From the IMG/VR virus record IMGVR_UViG_3300048591_001244, positions 15,205-79,204 of that record: a DNA stretch of 64,000 nucleotides; one strand, written 5' to 3'. Below are positions 29,466-40,241 of the stretch, in pieces. Position 1 is the first letter of the stretch, and each line of letters opens with the position of its first letter. A program made the translations under genes and the position numbers. Below the pieces are notes generated by a model. That model saw only the letters and a list, made by a program, of their open reading frames with translations. It ran no database searches and was not told the DNA's origin. This stretch comes from a virus.

Positions 29466-30734
29466 TTAACGTCCTGATCTGGCCTCTTCTTCTTTTGCTA
29501 GTATTTCGCCCCAAGCATCAAGCCCTTTTGCCGTCTTCTTGTTAACAGAACTTTTGCTTCCGGTTTCAAGACCTATATTCTTAATCTTGTTAAGAACCTG
29601 CTTTCTACCTTCGTCACGCTTTCCGTTACCAATTAACGATGGTAACTGATTTTGGAACTCTAAAAACATTGCAATCTGAACTTCCAATTCGGGATTTTTG
29701 GTAAGCATAGCTTTGTAATATCCCTTTTCGTACTTTTTCTGAAGCAACGCTTTATCTCGTTCAGCAATTGGAACCCCGAAAAATTCTTTGGCTTTGCCCA
29801 AATTTTCCTTAAAAGTCTTTGCTTCTGCTAAACGATCACTTTCTTGTTTTTCTTTTGCTCTATTTATTTTTTCTCTCGCTTCTGAAATCATCGATTCCTC
29901 ACGAGAAGCTTTTCCGTTTTTTAATGCCTGACGAAGCATATCTGCTTCAAGGTCAAGCTTTCCGTCAACGTCGAAACTCTCAACAATCTCTTCGGCTTTC
30001 TCTTCCGGGAAGTTCTTCAAAAGAAGATCCTTCTTTACAAGAGACCTATTATCAAGAGCAAGATACTGATCAAATATTTTCAGCGGATTTAAGAACGATT
30101 CTACCGTATTTCCTTCTACTGAAAGAAAATCATAAAGTTTCTTAGCATCCTCCGGAAGTTTATCAAGAGCCAAATTCTGTCCTTCTTCAACACCAGCAAG
30201 GCGCTCAGCCTTTTTCGTCTCTTCAAGCCTTACCTTAAAAGAAGTGAAATTATCATCTTCCAATTCTCCCAATCCGGTTTCTTTGGCAATCAATCCCCAG
30301 GTAGATTCTTCTACCGTTTCTGCTTCTGAAGACTCTTCAAGGTCTTTAACCTCAAATTTAACTTCTCCATCATCGTCATCTTCTCCTATATCTTCTATTG
30401 CAGGAGCCTTCTTTTCAAGATCAGGTTTCTTTTCTTCCTTTTTTTTCGAATCTTCCTTTTTTGCTGCTCCGGCCTCGATCTCTTCCATTGTTGTTCCATC
30501 GGGAAGATCTCCAATGTCCTTTGCGCTTTTGAGAGCCTTTTCAGGATTGACAAAAGCTTCAATGGTTTGCTCGGTCTTTTTTTCAGATGCAGCTGAATTA
30601 TCATCTGCAGATTCTGTTGATACGGTAGTTTCAATTGCCGGTTCCCCGCCTTCCGCTGCTGCCGTTACTCCCCCGCCCGTAGAGTCTCCGGCATCTGAGC
30701 CTGAGTCTGGACTTCTGTGAAATTTGAACTTCAT
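29466..30734 (-). CDS. Putative scaffolding protein
   Basis: 422 aa, very acidic N-terminus and coiled-coil C-terminus, between portal and MCP. Confidence 0.65.
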   Translation of the reverse strand: MKFKFHRSPDSGSDAGDSTGGGVTAAAEGGEPAIETTVSTESADDNSAASEKKTEQTIEAFVNPEKALKSAKDIGDLPDGTTMEEIEAGAAKKEDSKKKEEKKPDLEKKAPAIEDIGEDDDDGEVKFEVKDLEESSEAETVEESTWGLIAKETGLGELEDDNFTSFKVRLEETKKAERLAGVEEGQNLALDKLPEDAKKLYDFLSVEGNTVESFLNPLKIFDQYLALDNRSLVKKDLLLKNFPEEKAEEIVESFDVDGKLDLEADMLRQALKNGKASREESMISEAREKINRAKEKQESDRLAEAKTFKENLGKAKEFFGVPIAERDKALLQKKYEKGYYKAMLTKNPELEVQIAMFLEFQNQLPSLIGNGKRDEGRKQVLNKIKNIGLETGSKSSVNKKTAKGLDAWGEILAKEEEARSGR

Positions 30735-30766
30735 GATTTTTAGTTTATGATTTATTAATTAGAAGC

Positions 30767-31072
30767 CTATTGCTTCATTCCTTCGATTGTATATCCTGTC
30801 ACGGCCAACTTTCCCGTGTAAGAATCGCCCTTCTCATTATCAAGAAGTTCGTTTCTTAACAGTTTTACAGTGATTTCCATCTTATACTCTTGTCCAACTT
30901 CAAGAGTTGCAAGTTCAGGAATTTGCGTACTGTTAATATGAATCATTGGTCTTCCATCAGGAACATCCCAGGATTCTTTTGGCAATTTTGTCGTTGAATC
31001 AATCTTGCGAAGATCTGTTTTAAGCAAAACAGGAACTTTTAAATTATTTTTCATAGCTGTAATATTAAGCAA
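30767..31072 (-). CDS. Hypothetical protein
   Basis: 101 aa ORF in the operon between portal and scaffold. Confidence 0.5.
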   Translation of the reverse strand: MLNITAMKNNLKVPVLLKTDLRKIDSTTKLPKESWDVPDGRPMIHINSTQIPELATLEVGQEYKMEITVKLLRNELLDNEKGDSYTGKLAVTGYTIEGMKQ

Positions 31073-33308
31073 TCATTTGTTGTTGTGGCTGTTGAGGCAT
31101 TCCTTGAGCCCCATCCATAAATTGTGCACCCATCATACTATACTCATTCATAGCTTCTTGGTTGATTCTTCCTGATTCTAAAAGATGCTTGAGAATTTCC
31201 ATGAAAGCTTTGAATTTGCGCTCTTTATCAAGCTCTCCATCTCTGGCCTGAACCTGCTGACCTACCATCTGTTGTTTAGCTTGATTATCTCTCTCAGCCT
31301 GTTCTGCCTGATTTTTTTTAATGACTTCCCATCCGTTACGGGTAATGGCAATAGCTTCGTCAATAGTTTCTGACAGGGCCGCTTCCATCGCATCGACAAC
31401 GCGCATTTCCCCGGCATTGATCGCCTGTGGGAACCAGAGTTGCATCATCTGACGAATATCCCCTTCTTTCCGGCCATCAGTTATCACTGCATCAAAATCA
31501 TCCAGGGAAAGATTTTTAATCTCTTCCAAAAAGAGAGCACCCTTGTCACCAAGTAGTTGCTGAGCTTCTTTATGATGGAAATTGCCATATGTTATCTGAG
31601 CGGCCTGAAGTAATTTCCTGACAACCATCCGGACAAACTGATGATTCATGTGAAATAAATATTCCGTAGAAGTACGTGAAACTTGTATCTGATTTACCGC
31701 ATTGGTAGCAGTCATGGATGCAGGGGTCTGGCCCTGACGAGAATTTGACAATCCGGTAAGCAGATCTGTCGTAGCTTCCAAATTCTGCTTTAAAGCAATC
31801 AAATGTTGAAAGCTATTACTCAGTCCAAGATCAAATTCTTTTAAGAGATTCCCTACCAAGTTCCCGTTGGCAAGCTGAGCCGCATCAGAGGAAGAGTCCA
31901 CGTCAATGATTCCATCATTGATCATTCGTAACAACATCTTTTCCATTGTATTATTACCAAGAAAAGCTCTGTCATAAACAATAACCTTACCTTTTAACTT
32001 GTTCAACTCTCTACGAATCTGGAGCATGGTAATGTTGTACAATTCGGAAACATGGTCAAGAGTATTGAAAATTGAAATTCTTGTTCCGTCATGAGTTTTG
32101 AAAAGAAGACCGGTATAAGAATATTCAGACAAAAAAGGATTCTGAACCGATCGTGGCTGATTGGGTTTTACTCTAATATTTTTGAAAATGCTTTTGCCAA
32201 TTCTGTATCCTTCCCAGACATATGACAATTCGGTAGCTGAAGCTTTTATCTTTCCGTTGGAAACCTTGCTTTTGAACCTCTCTCTTTCAGTAGAGTCCAT
32301 CTTATCAAGGTCCATCATCTTGTAATAAGTGGCACCTGTTTTTGACGGAGATTCTTTTATGTACAAAGTATCAACAGCTCTCCATTCAAGATGGTATACT
32401 TCAATGCCGCCATCTATTCCAACATCTTTCTGGCCGGTATTGGTGCTGATCGTTGCAGTATTACTTCTGTTTTCTTTAATCTCACTTTTCAACTGCCTGT
32501 ATTCTTCAGCGGTAAGATCAAATCGATTCATGATATCGTGCATGAAAAGAACTTCACGCCTTCCGATGTATGGAGTTTTTTGCAGGAAAGGATCTTTTTT
32601 AGATTCCTCAAACAACATATCACGAACATCACACTCCCGGACCCGGGTGTATCCGGCCTTGTCGATCTCTACCTGAATAAAAGCTTCAGAACAAATTACC
32701 TGGTCAGAAAAGGATTCAGCAAGTTTGCTCCAAATATCTTCGATTTCCATTACCTTCCGAAGAAGGATCTGCATGATATGAGTCGTTCTTCTCTTTCCTG
32801 AAAGAAGATCAAAGATTTTATCATCATCTTCTTGCAATGGTTCCATGCCTTCTAAGACTGGAACTTCTGCAGATCTGAGTTTTTGTATTTCCGGGGCTGC
32901 GTGTTTTAATCCTACCTGAAAAGCATAGTTTTCGAAAAGCTCACTCTTAGCATCAGGGTTAACACTTACAACTCTATCAAATCGTTCTCTTCCCAGCCAC
33001 TCACCAACCAATAGTTCAACCTTTGTACGCCCCAACCGGTAGTCATTGTAACGGACCAACGCATCACCTCCGTAAGTGCTGTTGATATGTTTGTATTTCT
33101 GCTCGTTAACAAGTCCATTGAAATCATTGTAAAGCTTGTTGATTTTTGTCAGCTGCTCCTTTCGAACAGAGTTAAATCTTGCAATAGCATATTCTATACA
33201 TTGCTGACCAAGATACTTCTGGTACTCCTGTATAGACATATCCTTCGGCGGCTTCTCATACATTTTGAAGCCTGGAAAATAATCCGGAACGCCAGCATCT
33301 TTTAACAT
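31065..33308 (-). CDS. Portal protein
   Basis: 747 aa after terminase; KVELLVGE, VWEGYRIG and LTGLSNSRQGQ motifs of crAss portals; Q-rich tail. Confidence 0.88.
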   Translation of the reverse strand: MLKDAGVPDYFPGFKMYEKPPKDMSIQEYQKYLGQQCIEYAIARFNSVRKEQLTKINKLYNDFNGLVNEQKYKHINSTYGGDALVRYNDYRLGRTKVELLVGEWLGRERFDRVVSVNPDAKSELFENYAFQVGLKHAAPEIQKLRSAEVPVLEGMEPLQEDDDKIFDLLSGKRRTTHIMQILLRKVMEIEDIWSKLAESFSDQVICSEAFIQVEIDKAGYTRVRECDVRDMLFEESKKDPFLQKTPYIGRREVLFMHDIMNRFDLTAEEYRQLKSEIKENRSNTATISTNTGQKDVGIDGGIEVYHLEWRAVDTLYIKESPSKTGATYYKMMDLDKMDSTERERFKSKVSNGKIKASATELSYVWEGYRIGKSIFKNIRVKPNQPRSVQNPFLSEYSYTGLLFKTHDGTRISIFNTLDHVSELYNITMLQIRRELNKLKGKVIVYDRAFLGNNTMEKMLLRMINDGIIDVDSSSDAAQLANGNLVGNLLKEFDLGLSNSFQHLIALKQNLEATTDLLTGLSNSRQGQTPASMTATNAVNQIQVSRTSTEYLFHMNHQFVRMVVRKLLQAAQITYGNFHHKEAQQLLGDKGALFLEEIKNLSLDDFDAVITDGRKEGDIRQMMQLWFPQAINAGEMRVVDAMEAALSETIDEAIAITRNGWEVIKKNQAEQAERDNQAKQQMVGQQVQARDGELDKERKFKAFMEILKHLLESGRINQEAMNEYSMMGAQFMDGAQGMPQQPQQQMIA

Positions 33309-33329
33309 AAAGGCGAATATATGAAATAA

Positions 33330-35417
33330 TTATATTTGACCACTATTAATTAATTGGCTGAAAAGGTCTCCTTGACTTGACTTATCAACATCATCATTAG
33401 CCTTTTTAACGCTCGTTTTCATTTCAAAGTTTCCTGTAATTGAATTATAACTCCAGTGGGTTTCTACACTATCCTTCTGCTTTCCGGAACTAAGCTTGAG
33501 TAATTTCCTGTCAATGTCACAGACAATGGAAAGGCCCAAAGCATCTACTTCATCCCAATCTGAATCATCTTCAATCTCGTTGTAATTTGCCAGGCCATCA
33601 ACGATCAGGGGAAAGATACATTCGTCAATTTCATCTAAAACCCATGTTTGTAAAACAGAAAGCATCTGAGGCTTTGACTTCTTTCCAGAAGAGAGCATCA
33701 TTCCATAATCATGTCTTTGAGTAGAATCTTCAGCTTCGAAACTTAATGGTCTTGGTGCCAGGTAAATTTTTCCTCCGTTGGCTTTGTAATATTCAATGAT
33801 TGCCGGCTTTCCCGCATCGATCATTGTCATACCTGTCAGTCCCCAATAAATAGAAGCTTTTAAACAATTATCATAGAACTTTTCCTTCCTTCGCGGTCTG
33901 TTTCGAATGAGCATTACCGGTATTCGCTTATCAGCAAGAGATTCATTGTTTGCATTTCTATAAGGATGTCCTTTTCTCAAAGTGACAACCATTGCTCCCA
34001 AAGACTTACTTGTTATGGACTGATCTTGGTCATAGGAGTCAACTCCACCGGAATATGCATGCTTATATCCTTTGGTAGTAAGAGGAACTTCATATCCCTT
34101 TCGAATAAGAACAATATCTTCCGGTCGGTCCTTACCTTCAATGGGATCACGAAGAATAATTTCCCGCGGGGAACATATCCGGCCATCCTCTTCTTTGCGA
34201 TCATCTAAAACATATGGCGCATACAAGGGCTTTGCCTGCATCATCAGATATGCCTGTTGATTTGCCAGAGCATCCCGATCAAACTGATTGGTAGCAACAG
34301 CCATCAATGCCTCAGCTTCTGTTCTTGGGAAGTCAAGGAAATGCTCTATGTATGCCTCTAAATTACTTGCCTCTTTAAGTACCGTTCGCTGGGTTAAAAT
34401 TTTCAGGTCGGCCTGTTCAACATCCTCACAGCCAAGCACTTGCTCGTCAGTAAGGTTTTTCTCCTCTTGTAAAATTTCAATGTTTGGAGTATCATGGTTT
34501 ACTTCATTGGTTTCATCTACGCTTCCTGTAAAAAATCCTACAACAAGGCGGTAGCCGGGAACAAAAAATCTGTCAAGGCCATAGGCATTAGCATCGCCCC
34601 ACATTGTTCTAAAGTCCTTAGAACCAGACTTTCCAGAAGTTCCGTAGACAAGAGGCGTTCCGATCAGTTTGATACCAACCTTTAGACCGGCAGTGGTCGC
34701 TGCATATCCTTTTAAAAGATGCTTAAATTCTCCACCCTCTTCATAGATAACATCATTTAAGAACTTGCCCTTGAAGACGTTAGCATTGTTGAACATTGTT
34801 CTACAATACAGGGTGTTTTGAGATCCTGCTGGGTCCGAATTATCATCTTTCCAACCGGCAACAATAAGTTCTGCAGTATCGGAAATTTTAAACTGCATGC
34901 GCAGTTCAGGGGGAAGAAAAGTATTGAGTTCCCGGAATTTTCGGCGCATATCATCAGAATAGTCTTTTAATCCTGCACACAGTCCGGCGCGGTATGCTTC
35001 TGCATGCATGTACATACCATAACCTAAAATTCCTTTGGCAGCTTTTTCTGATAGTCCAGCCCTTCGTTTTTTGAGCGAGATCATCCCCCTATTATTCTCT
35101 TTTACATGCTGATAGAGATCGAAGTATTCTTTGTCAAGGTCTACATAATCGGGAAGGTGATATCCACGAACAGGAGTAGCGATCTGACAGAAGTTGAGAT
35201 ACCAATAAAAGTTCGGAGTTATTTTTATCGAGCCGGATTCATGGCCATGTTCAAGGCGATAAAACTGCTCTTCCCACCAAGATTCGTAAGCTTTGGTGCC
35301 TACAACTTTTGGATTTGCCAGAGAATCGGCGTAGGCCGGAATTCCATACTTAGCTACTGGATTTGGGCAGAAGCCGATCCCCTTAATAATTGGCGTATAA
35401 TTATAGTCAAAGGCCAT
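33330..35417 (-). CDS. terL: Terminase large subunit
   Basis: LKKRRAGLS Walker A variant, VIYEEGG Walker B, YGTSG motif C, GVDSYDQ and DEVDA RNase H-like nuclease motifs. Confidence 0.92.
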   Translation of the reverse strand: MAFDYNYTPIIKGIGFCPNPVAKYGIPAYADSLANPKVVGTKAYESWWEEQFYRLEHGHESGSIKITPNFYWYLNFCQIATPVRGYHLPDYVDLDKEYFDLYQHVKENNRGMISLKKRRAGLSEKAAKGILGYGMYMHAEAYRAGLCAGLKDYSDDMRRKFRELNTFLPPELRMQFKISDTAELIVAGWKDDNSDPAGSQNTLYCRTMFNNANVFKGKFLNDVIYEEGGEFKHLLKGYAATTAGLKVGIKLIGTPLVYGTSGKSGSKDFRTMWGDANAYGLDRFFVPGYRLVVGFFTGSVDETNEVNHDTPNIEILQEEKNLTDEQVLGCEDVEQADLKILTQRTVLKEASNLEAYIEHFLDFPRTEAEALMAVATNQFDRDALANQQAYLMMQAKPLYAPYVLDDRKEEDGRICSPREIILRDPIEGKDRPEDIVLIRKGYEVPLTTKGYKHAYSGGVDSYDQDQSITSKSLGAMVVTLRKGHPYRNANNESLADKRIPVMLIRNRPRRKEKFYDNCLKASIYWGLTGMTMIDAGKPAIIEYYKANGGKIYLAPRPLSFEAEDSTQRHDYGMMLSSGKKSKPQMLSVLQTWVLDEIDECIFPLIVDGLANYNEIEDDSDWDEVDALGLSIVCDIDRKLLKLSSGKQKDSVETHWSYNSITGNFEMKTSVKKANDDVDKSSQGDLFSQLINSGQI

Positions 35418-35426
35418 TTGTTTTTT

Positions 35427-35747
35427 TTAAAAATAATATAGACGGGGGTTTTTTCTTGGTCGGCTTTCCAAAATTGATAATTTTCTTTTTGGCATCAATC
35501 GATATCCATTATGGTAAGCATCCCATACTTTTTGAACTTTTCCATTTTTAATAAATGCTATGGCAAAGACCTGAAGCGTTGGGTTCATTCCCGGCTGAGG
35601 GATTAACGAAAAAAAAATTTCACGAGTTTCTGACTCGTTTTTAAAAGAATTTCGATGCTTATAAAGATGCTTCATCAATTTTTGATGAGAAGTCCTAAAC
35701 GGCAACTCAATAAAATATCCAGTCTCTTGTGTTGTATACAATATCAT
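35427..35747 (-). CDS. Hypothetical protein
   Basis: 106 aa ORF, tightly packed in the operon. Confidence 0.5.
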   Translation of the reverse strand: MILYTTQETGYFIELPFRTSHQKLMKHLYKHRNSFKNESETREIFFSLIPQPGMNPTLQVFAIAFIKNGKVQKVWDAYHNGYRLMPKRKLSILESRPRKNPRLYYF

Positions 35748-35756
35748 GACGATAAT

Positions 35757-35966
35757 TTAAAAGGGTGATTCTTCAGGATTGCAATTTTCCGAATTACAGG
35801 ACTGCTTGAAAACAAACTCATGCTTCCTGTCCATGGTCCGGAAATGATTTGTTACAATATATCCTCCCTCTACTTCTCCAATACCATCTATAAAGGTTAT
35901 CGGATAGGATTCACTCCTGTTATTCAAAAAAAAAGCTCCCGAAGGAATAAGCATTACCTGTCTCAT
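35757..35966 (-). CDS. Hypothetical protein
   Basis: 69 aa ORF whose start overlaps the upstream stop codon. Confidence 0.45.
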   Translation of the reverse strand: MRQVMLIPSGAFFLNNRSESYPITFIDGIGEVEGGYIVTNHFRTMDRKHEFVFKQSCNSENCNPEESPF

Positions 35967-36571
35967 AGTTCTTCTTTTTTACTCTCTTTTTTCTTTTTTT
36001 GTTTCCTTGCTTTAGTCGGAGAGCGGAGATCCTGAATTTCTGCAAGCCTGGTCTTATCAGTTTTGCTTCTTCTCCTGTTGGCCTGCCAGATTTCAAGAAG
36101 ACTCATTTTATCCCTTCCTTCAATAGAATTCGTTGCCAGTTCATCGGTGTAAATATCATGCTCAATCTTATCAATCTCCTTTGAAAGCAATTCAATGGCC
36201 GTTTGAATATTTTTGATCTCCAAAGGAGAATTAGCAGCCATCATGTTGATGTTGAGCAAAGATATTTTTGCTCGGTAGTTCTTTTGTGTTTCCCTGCGGA
36301 TATCATACTGCAGGGAATCATAAAGTTCTATCTCTTTTTTCAGTCGCTTCTCATGCTTATCATATTCGTTATTTTTGAAGCATCTGGTAGAAGCTGTCAA
36401 TCTTCTTTGTTTATGAGTAAGCTGTCTGTAGGGAGAGTAGTAGTCAGTGATCAGGATGATAAAAAGCAAATCCTCTGCCGGTAATTTTCCCAGCAGAGGT
36501 TCTAAGCTTATCGCATCGGGATGTAAAAACACCCCTTTTTGATCATCGTATAAAAATAGCGTGCTTGCCAT
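35963..36571 (-). CDS. Putative terminase small subunit-like protein
   Basis: 202 aa, DYYSPYRQL motif, helical, upstream of terL. Confidence 0.5.
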   Translation of the reverse strand: MASTLFLYDDQKGVFLHPDAISLEPLLGKLPAEDLLFIILITDYYSPYRQLTHKQRRLTASTRCFKNNEYDKHEKRLKKEIELYDSLQYDIRRETQKNYRAKISLLNINMMAANSPLEIKNIQTAIELLSKEIDKIEHDIYTDELATNSIEGRDKMSLLEIWQANRRRSKTDKTRLAEIQDLRSPTKARKQKKKKESKKEEL

Positions 36572-37350
36572 TATAATGGAAGTTGTCTGCGTTGTGATCT
36601 TTGCTTTTCAATAGCAGCTTTTCTTTCTTCAGATTTTAATTGAGCAAGTTTGCGAAGGTCATCATTTCCTTCCAGAACAGATTTTATCCTGGAAAGTTCC
36701 ATGCCGAGCCACATCTTTGCTTCTATCAAGGCAAGCCATGAAGTCTGTACAAAGATCCCTTCAAAGTTATGGTCCTGATAAGCATCAATGATCGTCTGAA
36801 TAACACTACGAATTCTCTTAACTCCCGATGTTTGAGAAAGACCATTTTCATTAAAGATATGTCCATCTACAGCCTCAGCTGTCGGTTCGATCTTTTTTGA
36901 TTCCGGGTTCATGCTTTCCGGATATAGATTCTCCTGATCCAGTTCCTTTAGGCGCATGTCAAGGAACATTTTTGCTTTTTCAAGGTTTGTAAGTGCCAGT
37001 GACACTTCTCGGCTGGGATTTAAAACCTTCACTGAGTTCATCAGCGCGTGAATATCCCTTCGTATAATTCGTATTCTTTCTGTTTCTACTACCATAAGAT
37101 TTTGATTAGCGTCAAGAATTACTGATTCACTGTTATTCTCCGGATGATCATCATCGTCATCATCATCAAAGTGAGACCCCTCTTGATAATCGTAATTTTC
37201 ATTACTTCCAGAACCATCATTATCTTCAACGACAAGTTCAATGTCACCAAGTTTGAAAGGCTCCTGTGGAACTTCTTCCAAAGGACTGCTTTCAGGAGAT
37301 GGTTTAATCAAAGGCTTCTTGCGAAAAACCCCTTTTTCATTTTCACTCAT
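36571..37350 (-). CDS. Protein with two Acb2/Tad1-like helical-hairpin repeats
   Basis: SREVSLALTNLEKAKMFL and VQTSWLALIEAKMWLGMEL segments; acidic N-terminus. Confidence 0.5.
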   Translation of the reverse strand: MSENEKGVFRKKPLIKPSPESSPLEEVPQEPFKLGDIELVVEDNDGSGSNENYDYQEGSHFDDDDDDDHPENNSESVILDANQNLMVVETERIRIIRRDIHALMNSVKVLNPSREVSLALTNLEKAKMFLDMRLKELDQENLYPESMNPESKKIEPTAEAVDGHIFNENGLSQTSGVKRIRSVIQTIIDAYQDHNFEGIFVQTSWLALIEAKMWLGMELSRIKSVLEGNDDLRKLAQLKSEERKAAIEKQRSQRRQLPL

Positions 37351-37362
37351 TTTTTTTTAGTT

Positions 37363-38142
37363 TTAAAAATAGTTAGTAATTGACGCTTGGTTAAGCAGCG
37401 TCTGAGCTTCGTGTTTCAAGTATGGAATGGGAATCTTCAACCAAAATACTGGCTCGTTTTTTTCCATCGCTTCTAAGTTTATCCAGATCAAAGATAGTGT
37501 TCCTATCCGATATCCGTGTTCTTCCATCATCGCAGCATATAAACTTTGCTGTATAGCATACCGGGTGTACTTATTATCGACAAGATGATCAATCGGTGGA
37601 TACATCCAGGCACTGTACTGATAAACATTCTCAATACCCTTCTTATTGGTCTTAAAATCTTCAATATGAAGGATTTTATTCTTTGGAGATTCCAAAATAG
37701 GAACGTCCATTGTTCCGGCAACCTGAGCTTTTTCAGAATAAGCAATGACTTCCGTATAGCATTGGTAGTAATTAGAGAAGATTCCTGCCAGCCGGCGGAT
37801 TTGCTTCTCCCACTGAGGTTCTGTTATCTGTCCTGAGCCAATGTAATCTTCCATTGCATTGTGAAAGATTGTTCCTCTGTCTGCAGCATCCTGACCGCCT
37901 TGCTTCCATTGCTCCTGTAACTTTTTTGACTCCCTGTTGATCGATGCTGTTGTTATTGCTACACCATCAGCTTTCATCTTTTTAATGGCGCTACCTACAG
38001 AAGCTCCTTTGGCATCAAAGGCTTTGTAATACTGAGCAAGTAATTTGCTTACCGATATGTATCTGGTACCATCCTGATGATAGTACTGATGCTCCGGATC
38101 TTTACGGTGAACTTTATTTGGAAATGGATTAAGTGTATTCAT
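37363..38142 (-). CDS. PD-(D/E)xK (Cas4/lambda-exo-like) nuclease
   Basis: YISVSKLL, RGTIFH, AGTMD...IEDFKTN and YAIQQSLY motifs. Confidence 0.85.
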   Translation of the reverse strand: MNTLNPFPNKVHRKDPEHQYYHQDGTRYISVSKLLAQYYKAFDAKGASVGSAIKKMKADGVAITTASINRESKKLQEQWKQGGQDAADRGTIFHNAMEDYIGSGQITEPQWEKQIRRLAGIFSNYYQCYTEVIAYSEKAQVAGTMDVPILESPKNKILHIEDFKTNKKGIENVYQYSAWMYPPIDHLVDNKYTRYAIQQSLYAAMMEEHGYRIGTLSLIWINLEAMEKNEPVFWLKIPIPYLKHEAQTLLNQASITNYF

Positions 38143-38154
38143 ATCATCATCGAT

Positions 38155-38745
38155 TTAAGTCTTTTCTCTTCTTACAGGCCCTCCAAAAGAATTTAGATTT
38201 TGCAATCGAGTAGTTTCATCTATCTGATTCTTATCAAGAGGATGCATTCCTTGCTTCGGACTAACATATTGATCATCATAAACCAAAGGAATTACAATTC
38301 CGCAAATGAGCATATTGTAAACAGAATAATGAAAATCTTCAATTCCCCTGCTTAAATCTGCATGCCTTTGAATTGAACTTGCTCTTTCATCAGTAGCAAC
38401 AAAACTCTGAAAGTAAACAGCATACCATTTGCCATCAGTATGCTGTTTCCTTAAATAACTCTCAATATCTATACCACCAGCTTTATTATAACCAACATGA
38501 ATCTTCGGATAAATAGCCTTCCCTGTCAGATCAATCTCTATAGGAATACTCTCACTTTCAACTTCAATAGTCAATGGCCCTTTTTTCAGGGGACACTTTT
38601 TCGGGATAGTATCCAACATTAATGGATCCAATGTATTTTGATAAGATCCTGCATTTTCAACATTTGGGTGGCTACACTCATACTGCTCTCCATGAAATAA
38701 GAACAGACAGCTTCGGCAGTTTTTTACTACTAATTTATTTTCCAT
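38155..38745 (-). CDS. Hypothetical protein with N-terminal Cys cluster
   Basis: CxxC...CxH...CPL motif. Confidence 0.55.
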   Translation of the reverse strand: MENKLVVKNCRSCLFLFHGEQYECSHPNVENAGSYQNTLDPLMLDTIPKKCPLKKGPLTIEVESESIPIEIDLTGKAIYPKIHVGYNKAGGIDIESYLRKQHTDGKWYAVYFQSFVATDERASSIQRHADLSRGIEDFHYSVYNMLICGIVIPLVYDDQYVSPKQGMHPLDKNQIDETTRLQNLNSFGGPVRREKT

Positions 38746-38868
38746 AATTTTTTTTTCTAACTCTTTTGCATTGGAATATGGAGTTATTTACAGTTCCGGA
38801 AATTTTGACTTTAAATAATTCGTAGCCTCTAACCAACGTTCTTCAAAAGTATATTTCTTTGACATAAT

Positions 38869-39039
38869 TTATTCCTCCAGTAATTGTTCTATAGATTTCC
38901 TGCAGAGATAAATCTCATTGACCTCAGACTCCCCTGATTCAATTTCATCCCTGCAGAGCTGTAATAAGTCAGCCACTTCCTGACCATGTTCCGGGTATTC
39001 ACTTACAAACTCCCGGGCAAATTCTTCTAACTGTTCCAT
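38869..39039 (-). CDS. Small acidic hypothetical protein (56 aa, MEQLEEFAREFVSEYPEHG...)
   Basis: Read by eye, below the ORF-track cutoff; A-rich leader. Confidence 0.55.
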   Translation of the reverse strand: MEQLEEFAREFVSEYPEHGQEVADLLQLCRDEIESGESEVNEIYLCRKSIEQLLEE

Positions 39040-39085
39040 CGCTTCTTTTTTAATTGTGTTTGAAACTAACTAAGCTCAGTTTCTG

Positions 39086-39577
39086 CTATTTCCCAAATAG
39101 CTCCTTTCTCATTTTGTAAGTCATTAATTTCCCCCGAAAACCGGATCGCCTTGACTTCTGCCTATCAACCTCTTTCTTAGGAATCGTCAGATGACTCTCC
39201 CAGTATACTTTCATGCAGCTCTCACGATAAATCCTCTGCTCTTCAGTCATAGGCATCTCATGATAGATCCTTTTACTTGCCTGAGACTCTAACATCTTCA
39301 ATATTTCTATCGCCTGCTCTCTTGTTGAAGGAAGCGGAATCAACTTACTCTTATTCATTGGTTCATCTACCATATCTTCATTTTTTCTAAGCATTATTTG
39401 TGTACCTCTCCTGAATTTCATAATTACAGGAGTAGCATCAATTGCTCTTGCAAAATCTACTAACCTATAGTAGTACTCAAATACCTTCCAGTCATGATCA
39501 GTATAAGAAGAAAACTCTTTTTCAGAATCCATAGTCGTCATCATTATTCCCTTGCCCGAAAGGAAAATGGTAGGCAA
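39086..39577 (-). CDS. Hypothetical protein
   Basis: 163 aa ORF, co-oriented with neighbours. Confidence 0.5.
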   Translation of the reverse strand: MPTIFLSGKGIMMTTMDSEKEFSSYTDHDWKVFEYYYRLVDFARAIDATPVIMKFRRGTQIMLRKNEDMVDEPMNKSKLIPLPSTREQAIEILKMLESQASKRIYHEMPMTEEQRIYRESCMKVYWESHLTIPKKEVDRQKSRRSGFRGKLMTYKMRKELFGK

Positions 39578-39638
39578 ATAATCCCGAAGCTATCAGGATT
39601 ATTGCCATTATTAACAGCCCATTTATCAGTCCTCCTTT

Positions 39639-40241
39639 TTAAAACACTTCCTCTGCTTCACCTACGGAAAAATCCGCCGGCTCCATCACAATACACCCCT
39701 GCTTCTCTAAAATAGACTTCGCCTTAACCAACAGCTCTTCCTCACTCATTGAATCAAGGTTCAGATCAACAAATTCTTTTTTTACCTTCTCATCCCCATA
39801 CTCCTTGAAATCCAATAACACCTGCTTGGAATTCATTGCCGTACTTCCCTGTACATGCAACGCCACCAACTCATGCAATTCTCCCACCAACCTCGACAAC
39901 CCCGCGAAATCCTTATACTCCGTTCCCTCATTCATCCAGGCCGTAGTAACATTGTAATCCAACGAGTCATAACTCATCACCTGTGCCATCAATGATACCT
40001 TCTCAACATCACCCAAAACACCTACAACACTCAACAACGTCTGATCCTCAACCCTCAACATCCGTTTACAGTGCTCCTCCATCTTGATCAATACCATCCG
40101 AATCTCCGGCGTAACAGGCATCCGGTACTTCCCCGATAAACTGTTCCTAAACTTCATCCCGCCACTGTCCATCTCCTGATCATACTCCACAGCCAATCCA
40201 TTAGTACCGTGGTTCATTAACTTAACCTTTGCGATTTTCAT
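39639..40241 (-). CDS. Hypothetical protein
   Basis: 200 aa ORF with AGGAG upstream. Confidence 0.65.
   Translation of the reverse strand: MKIAKVKLMNHGTNGLAVEYDQEMDSGGMKFRNSLSGKYRMPVTPEIRMVLIKMEEHCKRMLRVEDQTLLSVVGVLGDVEKVSLMAQVMSYDSLDYNVTTAWMNEGTEYKDFAGLSRLVGELHELVALHVQGSTAMNSKQVLLDFKEYGDEKVKKEFVDLNLDSMSEEELLVKAKSILEKQGCIVMEPADFSVGEAEEVF

Noticed and set aside
33330-35417. Intein or intron in terL
   Set aside because: Continuous 695-aa ORF with no intein HN/C junction or homing-endonuclease motifs.
847-37836. Many short antisense or alternate-frame ORFs inside the structural genes
   Set aside because: Shadow ORFs fully nested in long, well-supported genes.
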